Assembly (NCBI GenBank): GCA_048213135.1
Contig: PS015113.1
Span: 55,964-75,963, forward strand
DNA length: 20,000 nt
Direction of reading: 5' to 3'
Origin: Reclinomonas americana ATCC 50394
Taxonomy: Eukaryota
Part shown: positions 12,702 to 20,000 of the stretch, in pieces
How positions within the stretch are numbered: the first letter of the stretch is position 1
Layout: each line of letters begins with the position of its first letter
The notes under the pieces: model-generated
The model's database searches: none
What the model was told of the DNA's origin: nothing
What the model saw: the letters and a program-made list of their open reading frames with translations, nothing else
Position numbers and translations under genes: made by a program

Positions 12702-12916
12702 CGTGAATGCGTGAATGCATGCATCTCTCTCTCTCTGTTTGCACACATACCTCTGTGCGTAATCTTCTCTCCAACACTTGCTCACTGGCACGCAGTCTGC
12801 GCAGCTCATCGTCACACCGCGAGGAGCTCAGCGTGCGTCGCACAAAGTCCGTGTGAGAGAACGAGTCGCGCGCAAACTGGCGCACATACTCTGCACAAAA
12901 CGACCTCGTGTGAGCG

Positions 12917-12958
<42 letters not shown>

Positions 12959-12999
12959 AAGAGCACACCATCGTCTTCGTCTCTTCTCTCTGCAGTCAT
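9391..12999 (-). CDS. COG5: Conserved oligomeric Golgi complex subunit 5 (multi-exon, interrupted by gap 12082-12585)
   Basis: ATG at 12999, first exons 12969-12999 and 12751-12890. Recognisable COG5 motifs: NLSEVGSALQVAFNL, LERVLEKKRDPDTHTQFL, HYPTLHR, SRYMHDF, TPMEALEWSLDQYVQW. Introns include 11790-11852, 11225-11267 (GC-AG), 10796-10851 and 9659-9715. Stop TGA at 9391-9393. Confidence 0.9.
12657..12700. repeat. (GT)n microsatellite in a COG5 intron
   Basis: Directly visible. Confidence 0.95.
12921..12956. repeat. (GA)n microsatellite in COG5 intron 1
   Basis: Directly visible. Confidence 0.95.
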
Positions 13000-13059
13000 C
13001 GCGTGTGTGTGTGTGGAGAACGAAATTGCACTCTCTGTGTCTCTCTCTCTTTGTTGCTC
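13000..13059. promoter_or_regulatory. Putative bidirectional promoter/5' UTR region between COG5 and the cupin gene
   Basis: Only 60 bp separate the two divergent ATGs. Function is inferred from gene geometry alone. Confidence 0.5.
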
Positions 13060-13365
13060 ATGAAGCTCAGGCAGCTCAGTGAGCTGCCCGACGAAGGTGT
13101 CTCTCACAATGAGGCAATCCGCAAGCGCACTATGCTGCGATACAATGAAGTCGCAGGCATCACAGTTGCTTGTCACACACAGAGTCTCTCACTTGTGCCC
13201 TCTCTCTCACTCTCTGTGTGTGTGCGTTAGAACTTTGCGCGATCGACCTTCCCGCCTCTGGCAGTGGCCTGTGCGCACTCGCATGCTGACATGACAGAGT
13301 GCTTTGTGGTTGAGCGGGGAAGTGGCGAGATGCTGGTTGATGGAGTGGCGCATGCACTGAGTGCT
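13060..13365 (+). CDS. Cupin-domain protein (Cupin_2-like, bacterial/cyanobacterial-type family); 3' end lost in gap
   Basis: Exons 13060-13164 and 13231-13365 give MKLRQLSELPDEGVSHNEAIRKRTMLRYNEVAGIT|NFARSTFPPLAVACAHSHADMTECFVVERGSGEMLVDGVAHALSA. This contains cupin motif 1 (HxHxxxxExxxVxxGxG). The N-terminal VSHNxxIxKxxML is recalled from small cyanobacterial cupins. The next donor is at 13366. Confidence 0.85.
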
Positions 13366-13530
13366 GTTGAGTAAGGGGAAGAGAGAGNNNNNNNNNNNNN
13401 NNNNNNNAGAGAGAGAGAGAGAGAGAACGAGGGGGGAGAGATCAAGGAAAAAGGGAGAGCGAAGACAACGCAAGTGAGAGAGAGAGAGAGAAAGAACATG
13501 AAACCCCCATCCCTGAATCGATCACGCAAC

Positions 13531-14623
13531 ATGCAAACAGAATCCACGGTTGTACCACGGGCACTCTGGCCGGCGATCCTGCTTGCCCACATGCCGAAAC
13601 GTGCAATCGGCGTTGTTGCACTTGGTGTACTCCATGTAGAACTGACACGGCGGCATGCGGTTCAGATCGTACTCGTGCAGGTACTCGCACTCATCACCCT
13701 AACGACGCACGAGGGTGAGTGAGTAACAAAGAGAGCAAGGGAGAGAGAGGGGAGAGAAAGCTGACCTTCTTGCACAGTCCGCGCAACCAATGCTTGCACA
13801 CAACTCGTCGAATGAGAGACACCAGCCTGCGAGAGAAGAATGTGTGAGTGAAACGAAGAAAGCGAGAGAGTATGAGAGTGAGAGAGAGAGAAGGGAGAGT
13901 GAGAGACAGGCAGAGATTGCGAGAGAGAGTATGAGAGTGCAAGAAACAAGACGCTCAAGAGGAGAGAGCGACAGAGAGAGAGAGAGAGAGTAAGAGAGTG
14001 AGAGAGAGAGAAAGAGAGACAAAGAGAGAAAGAGAGAGATAATGAGACAAAGAAGAGAGACAAAGTGAGAGAAAGAGAAAGAAAGAGCGCTGTGAGAGTA
14101 AGAGAGACAGAGAGAGAGAGAGAGAATGCAAGAGAGAGTGAAAGAGAGCGATAATGAGACAAAGAAAGAGAGAGAGAGAGAGAGCAACAGAGAGAGCAAG
14201 AGAGAGAGAGCAAGAGAGCGTCAGAGATGCAAGTCAAATTTGGACTCTCTCTCTCTCACTCTCCCCCTGTTGCACACACATGCACACACGAGTTCCACAA
14301 TGCATGTGCACACGTGTGCTTGCATGTGTGTGTGCATTGTGAAAAGAGACACAAGAGAGAATGCGCGCGCAAAGTCATCACCCTTTCTCCCTCACTCCTC
14401 CCTCTCTCTTTCCCCTTCTTCCACTACTCAACTTGGTGTGCTTCATCGGGCACTTCTCCGCCCTCTGACAGTACCCGCGCAGGTAGTACGGGCACACTCC
14501 AATCATCGCCGCCTCGTTGCCTCCTCGCCGTGACGAACCCTCCACCATGGTCGTCGCCGCATCCTCATTCTCCAGAAAGCGCTCAAACGCAAACGCAAGA
14601 ACCCGCTCTCGCTCGTACTCCAT
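13531..14623 (-). CDS. CPSF4: Cleavage and polyadenylation specificity factor 30 kDa subunit (CPSF30/YTH1), CCCH zinc fingers; 3' part missing (gap)
   Basis: Exons 14433-14623, 13766-13826 and 13531-13698 give ...VCPYYLRGYCQRAEKCPMKHTK|LVSLIRRVVCKHWLRGLCKK|GDECEYLHEYDLNRMPPCQFYMEYTKCNNADCTFRH...ECPWYNRGFCLH. VCKHWLRGLCKKGDxCExLHEYD is the diagnostic CPSF30 ZF2 sequence. Confidence 0.95.
13830..14260. repeat. Degenerate GA-rich low-complexity tract expanding CPSF30 intron 1 to 606 nt
   Basis: Nearly pure A/G on the + strand, with internal repeats such as gagagtatgagagtg and gataatgagacaaagaa. Confidence 0.9.
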
Positions 14624-15014
14624 AAAAGTGTAAATGTGACTCCGATATGACAAGGGACAGAGTGCAAGTGTGGTGCATGATTGTCGTGCGTCGCGGATGC
14701 ACGTGAGTCAGTGACTGTGCTTGATAGCTCCGCACAGTGGCGATTTGCAAGAGGCGCGCGATCGCGATCGACGTCGACGTACGTCGGAGTCCGGATTCGG
14801 GACGTCCACTCTGGCCAGCGCTCGTACGGTGCCGAGTGCATGGTAGCACCCTCGTACCGCATGCAATCGATGTGCAGGAGTGGACTGCAAACAGCATTGA
14901 TTGAGACCCTGTGCAACAGTTTAGTTGCACACGACGTCGAGACTTGGTACATATGCATGTTGGCGAGCACTGGCAGATGCTCATTGTTGTATGGATCAAT
15001 GAGGTTTTTCTTAT

Positions 15015-15020
15015 TTATTT
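15015..15020 (-). promoter_or_regulatory. Possible AATAAA polyadenylation signal overlapping the stop codon of the PAN-domain gene
   Basis: The minus strand reads GTG TAA ATAAATAAG, an AT-rich patch in otherwise GC-rich DNA. Confidence 0.4.
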
Positions 15021-15783
15021 ACACCTTTAATCCTGAACTGCAATCGCCACTCGTCGCGCACACAGTATTAGTGACCGGCGGCACCACTCCCGCTTTGAGG
15101 CAGCACGTTCCCGTTGAAGACGTGTATGTCCAGCTCCCGCACGCCGCCTCGGCGGAGCACGCCACCGAGCAAGCTTGTGGTCCTCCGTACAAGTCGCTGT
15201 TGCAGCTCACATCGACTCCACCTGTTCGAGCTGCATGCACACGATACACACCACTTTTACATCAGCACAGGCATTGAAGGATTACGTGACAGCACTCACA
15301 CACACAAACCAGAATAGATCTCAAAGTTCCAGCTGTCGTACTTGGCCGCGAGTGTTTTCTTGCCCGACGACATGCAATAATGGGACCCGCAGATGTTGCT
15401 GGTCTCAGCATTGGCCACTGTGGCTGGGACAGTGGACTGGAAACTCTCAACCATGAGCACATCATGGCGCGTACAAAACCACATTGCGAACATCCAACAA
15501 CGTAATTAACCTGGAGTTTGCACAAATTGACACCGTCCGCGTTGCTGGCCGCTGCGCCATCCAAAAACGTCCATGATCGACACACCGGGTCGCGATCACA
15601 CAGGTCGCAGCACGCCAACTCGTGCACAACTCTCATGTACACCGCATGCACGTTCCCTGGCCGGTCGACGGCTTCGATTGCGCACACCTCCAGACCCACT
15701 GTCGCACGACGCACCACGCATAAGTCGAAGCGATACAAGCCCCAGATTGTGCAGCTCAGACAAAAAACAGTATAGTTCTGCAT
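15019..15783 (-). CDS. 3' exons of a protein with two PAN/apple-like domains; 5' structure unresolved
   Basis: Exons (up to 15783)-15511, 15310-15436 and 15019-15230 join in frame: DRPGN...ACCDLCDRDPVCRSWTF...CKLQ|STVPAT...|...ACSVACSAEAACGSWTYTSSTGTCCLKAGVVPP...SG. Both domains fit the CxxxCxxxxxCxxW(T)x..CxLK apple pattern. Confidence 0.75.
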
Positions 15784-16239
15784 GGTACAGGGTTCCTTGT
15801 CTTGCGCGAATCACGATCCAATTCATCGCAATGTCTCGCTCACACGCTCACTGCAGCTGTGACCCTTTTCACAACACTGCTGGTTCTACGACGAATGAAC
15901 GGGAAAGGATACGATCAGTGAGAGACTTTCCATCAATGTCTCTTCTCATGCTGCTCTGGCCATATGCTCCATCGTCTGCATAACGCCTGCAAGCGTGTGC
16001 AACAGAAAGACCACGGGAACACAACAACCAAAAAACGCCCACCAACAAACCTGGCCCCTCAAACTCGCGCACAACGTTGCATGACATTTCTGAACATCAG
16101 TCAACACCACACAGCACACGCACAGCAGAAAGTCAGCATTTTTCTTCCGCGAATCAAACAGCAGAACTTGAAGGGTCTCTCTCTTCCTCTCTCTCTCTCT
16201 CTCCCTCTCTCTCTCACACACACTCACACCACGCTACTG

Positions 16240-19200
16240 CTACTGGAACAAACCTATCGCTCGCGAAACCGTCAGCGTCCGCGTCACCGTCAGACTCGGC
16301 AAGTTCGTATTCGTGGCAGAAACCGTCACACTCAGCCACCGACCAGTCCGCCCAGCCGCAGTGATGCGCAGTTGGTTGCCTCCAGAAATGTTGAACCAGG
16401 CACCGTGTGGTCCGCCCACTATCGAAAACGTGTACGACTGGCCAGTGACCACGGGCGACGGCACGCTGAGCGTGCCTACCACAACCTGAGCAACTGATGG
16501 TGACGTATATGTTCCCGGAGTCAGGTTGATAAATACTGGTGCGGGTGGCATAACCACGGTCACAAGCACGGTGCCTGTGGCACTCAGAACACCACCTGTG
16601 CCCTGTGCTCCGCCAGAGTTGCCATCGCTGAAGGTCCACCGCATCAGCGCCGTCGACGCAGGTGCAGCACTGGGGTTTGTGTACGCAATCTGTTGCATCG
16701 CTGCATTCACAAGCGCGTTTGTCGCGCTGGCATCGAATGTGAGCACAAGCGTGCCGCCACTGTTGGTCGTGACTGTACCAATGACCGTGCCGCCAACGGT
16801 ACACGTGCCGCCCTCAGTTAGCGCTCCAAGAGTGCCCATGCCGGAAATCACGTCCTGCACACTGGCGCCACCATCACGCGCCACCGTGAATGTCGCACCG
16901 GAAAAGTTGTTGAGAAGGCTCAGTTCGGCGTCGGAGATTGTCATGCTGCTGACGAGCGCAATGCTGCTGCCGCCTGAATAGTACGTGGCAGAAGTGCTGA
17001 CCGAGGCGGCGACCGGCGCGTCGTTGATGCTGGTCACCGTCAGCGAGGCAGTCTGGGTCGCTGTACTGAAGGCCGTCAGCCCACCGTTCGAGCTCGTGTC
17101 TGCCTGCGCCCCTGCTGCACCTCCGTCAGTCTGGTCCCAGGCACGGAAAGTCACCCCCGCTGCGCCACCAATGACAGTGTCTGGCAAGAACCGAACCCTG
17201 TCAGTGTCTCGCAACAACAGCGCCGCCGTGTTGCTCAGGACGCCAGGCATGTTGCTCCATGAGCTGCCGTTGTCCAGCGAAAACTGCCATACGCCACTGC
17301 CTGCGACACTGACACCCGTCACGGCAACGCCCTTTGCCGACGCGCGCGACGCATCGGGATCCGTCACGCGTCCGCTGATGACAGCCGACACCAAGTCGCC
17401 CGAGTTGCTCGTCTGATCCTCGGTGATGGCACTCAGTGCGTTTGCTCCAGTCAGTGCCGGAGCGGTGTTCGCGCTTGCGGTAATGGACCACATTTTGGAG
17501 GTGATCAACCAGCTGCGGGCGGTANNNNNNNNNNNNNNNNNNNNNNNNNNNNNNNNNNNNNNNNNNNNNNNNNNNNNNNNNNNNNNNNNNNNNNNNNNNN
17601 NNNNNNNNNNNNNNNNNNNNNNNNNNNNNNNNNNNNNNNNNNNNNNNNNNNNNNNNNNNNNNNNNNNNNNNNNNNNNNNNNNNNNNNNNNNNNNNNNNNN
17701 NNNNNNNNNNNNNNNNNNNNNNNNNNNNNNNNNNNNNNNNNNNNNNNNNNNNNNNNNNNNNNNNNNNNNNNNNNNNNNNNNNNNNNNNNNNNNNNNNNNN
17801 NNNNNNNNNNNNNNNNNNNNNNNNNNNNNNNNNNNNNNNNNNNNNNNNNNNNNNNNNNNNNNNNNNNNNNNNNNNNNNNNNNNNNNNNNNNNNNNNNNNN
17901 NNNNNNNNNNNNNNNNNNNNNNNNNNNNNNNNNNNNNNNNNNNNNNNNNNNNNNNNNNNNNNNNNNNNNNNNNNNNNNNNNNNNNNNNNNNNNNNNNNNN
18001 NNNNNNNNNNNNNNNNNNNNNNNNNNNNNNNNNNNNNNNNNNNNNNNNTCCACCAATGTTCTGGTTGAATGCCGTCGCTCCCTGAAACATGTTCGACATG
18101 TTGGTGACAACAGCAGTGTTCCACCCGCCAATGCTCTGGTTGAACGCCGTCGCCCCCTGGAACATACTCGACATGTTGGTGACGGCAGTAGTGTTCCACA
18201 CGCCAATGTTCTGATTGAACGCTGTCGCTCCCTGAAACATGTTTGACATGTTAATGACGGCAGCAGTGTTCCACCCGCTGATATCACCATTGAAAACTGT
18301 CGCTCCATAAAACATGTACGACATGTTGGTGACGGCAGCGGTGTTCCATCCGCTAATGTTCCGGTTGAATGCCGTCGCCCCCTGAAACATGTTCGACATG
18401 TTGGTGACGGCAGCAGTGTTCCACCCGCCGATATCACCATTGAAAACTGTCGCTCCACTAAACATGAATGACATGCTGGTGACAGCGGCAGTGTTCCACG
18501 CGCTGATATCACCATTGAAAACTGTTGCTCCATTAAACATGAATGCCATGTTGGTGACGGCAGCAGTGTTCCACCCGCCAATGTTCTGATTGAACGCCGT
18601 CGCCAAACGAAACATACTCCACATGTTGGTGACGGCAGCGGTGTTCCACCCGCCAATGTTCTGGTTGAACGCCGCCGCCCCATAGAACATGCTCGACATA
18701 TCGGTAACGGCAACAGTGTTCCATCCGCTAATGTTCTGATTGAAGGCCGTCGCCTGGTAGAACATGCTCGACATATTGGTGACGGCAGCAGTGTTCCATC
18801 CGCCAATGTTCTGGTTGAAGGCCGTTGCCCCCTGGAACATGCTCGACATGTTGGTGACGGCAGCGGTGTTCCACCCGCCAATGTTCTGATTGAATGCCGT
18901 CGCCCCCTGGAACATACTCGACATGTTGGTGACGGCAGCAGCGCTCCACCCGCTGATGTCACCATTGAACGCCGTCGCCCCACGGAACATGGTCGACATG
19001 GTGGTGACGGCAGCAGTGTTCCACCCGCTAATGTTCTGGTTGAACGCCGTCGTCCCGTAGAACATGCTCGACATGTTGGTGACGGCAGCAGTGTTCCACC
19101 CGCCAATGTTCTGGTTGAACGCCGTCGACTGGAACATGCTCGACATGATGGTCACCGTCGAAACGTCCCAGTTCCAGTTAGCTCCCGCGCCCGTCAACGC

Positions 19201-19949
19201 AGTGCAGCCCGAAAACGTGCTAGTTAGGCTGTTGGCGTTGGCTAGGTACGGTGTGTCGGTGGCGGTGACCTGTAAATTGGCGCAACCGGCGAATGCGCTG
19301 ACAAGGTCGGTGAACGCCACATTGCCCCACTGACTGATGGTGCTCAGCTTCAGCCGATCACCACTGTTGTTGAACTTGAGACCCGCAAACTTGCCCACAA
19401 TCGTCACAGTGTAGGTGCCACTGGCGGCGTACGTCTTCGTCACCGTACCGGTGGCCACTTGCGAGCTTCCATCGCCCCAAAACACTCTGAAACTGTTGGT
19501 CGCGCCGCCAGCCACTGGCAGCTGCAACTGGTTGCTGGCAGTCCCCGCTTTGGTGGTGTCGAAAACCAAGACGTGGCCAACGGTGCGCGCAGTTGTTTCG
19601 TCAGACGCCACCGTCAGTGTCACCGAGGCAGTGGCCGTGTTGATGCCGTCAGTAACACGATAGTCAAAGCTCCGCACACCGGCAGCTGGCACCGACACAT
19701 TCAGCCGCTTGTCGCTGCGTCGCGTGACAACGCTGCCGTCAGCCAGAGTTGCCGTGCTGCCTGCGCTTGGCAGATTGAAGACCGTGCCCCCGAATGCCGT
19801 GTCGATCACTGCCGTGACCACCAGGCCCACCCCGGTGTCGTTGGCAAGCACGTTGACCACCATCGGCACACCCGCGATAATAGTCGCCGCATCCGCCACC
19901 GCGAGCACCGCGCGCACAGTGACGGGGCGAGTACTCGAAGATGATGTCT
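16240..19949 (-). CDS. Giant exon encoding a BspA-type/DUF285 repeat surface protein with Ig/cadherin-like and PKD-like domains (bacterial adhesin architecture); 5' part lies outside the window
   Basis: Acceptor CCCTGTTGCAG ends at 19950. Domain order: Ig/cadherin-like (VNVLAND...FDYRVTDG); PKD-like (VFWGDGS...YAASGTYTVTI); ISQWG cap; at least 15 repeats of WNTAAVTNMSSMFxGATAFNQNIGG; gap 17525-18048; cadherin-like repeats (NTAPAL..ITED, WQFSLDNG, FRAWDQT, INDAPV). Ends either at the stop at 16240 or at a donor at 16253. Confidence 0.9.
18049..19170 (-). repeat. Coding tandem repeat, 75-bp (25-aa) unit, 15 visible copies, continuing into the gap
   Basis: The unit TGGAACACTGCTGCCGTCACCAACATGTCG...TTCAACCAGAACATTGGCGGG recurs every 75 nt. 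The first unit is 24 aa. Confidence 0.95.
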
Positions 19950-20000
19950 CTGCAACAGGGAATGAAACAACGACAATCCATGAGGATAAAGCAGAAGAAG

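Noticed and set aside
13160-13363. Minus-strand last exon of CPSF30
   Set aside because: No frame contains a CCCH motif, and the + strand encodes a clear cupin exon here.
3287-13530. GTTGCGT introns as copies of an introner/transposon family
   Set aside because: Beyond the first 7 nt the intron bodies and lengths are dissimilar, and I saw no terminal inverted repeats or consistent target-site duplications.
13662-14237. Long Leu/Ser-rich or Arg/Glu-rich ORFs
   Set aside because: These are translations of GA/CT microsatellite intron sequence.
3287-14432. Non-canonical introns starting with TT (G|TTGCGT...)
   Set aside because: Keeping the frame would require introns ending in AG plus a variable base (G, T, A or C). 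GT-AG boundaries explain every case more simply.
18049-19170. CRISPR array or diversity-generating retroelement target
   Set aside because: The units are in-frame coding repeats without unique spacers. There is no cas gene, reverse transcriptase or template repeat in the window, most AAC codons are invariant, and variation is not confined to adenines.
16240-19949. Bacterial contaminant contig
   Set aside because: It has a spliceosomal acceptor at its 5' end and a gap-free junction to host-like microsatellite DNA at its 3' end. A chimeric assembly is not fully excluded without reads.

Overview
Gene-dense, intron-rich genomic DNA from an unidentified microbial eukaryote. Most introns are about 55-80 nt with CTCAC/CTGAC branch-like motifs, GA/CA microsatellites are common, and there are five N-gaps. 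I reconstructed eight genes by hand-splicing: (1) a DDX46/Prp5 fragment (+); (2) a large Ser/Pro-rich, coiled-coil protein with more than 30 introns (-); (3) a 123-aa Cys-rich single-pass membrane protein with a 10-nt microexon (+); (4) COG5 (-); (5) a bacterial-type cupin (+); (6) CPSF30/YTH1 (-); (7) PAN/apple-domain exons (-); (8) a 3.7-kb single exon encoding a bacterial-style BspA/DUF285 repeat adhesin with Ig/cadherin-like domains (-). The main observation is a second class of 5' splice site. About 15 of 54 predicted donors are shifted by one base (GTTGCGT or GTTGAGT instead of GTGCGT or GTGAGT), and they occur only where the last exonic base is not G. All gene models are manual predictions without RNA evidence or database searches.
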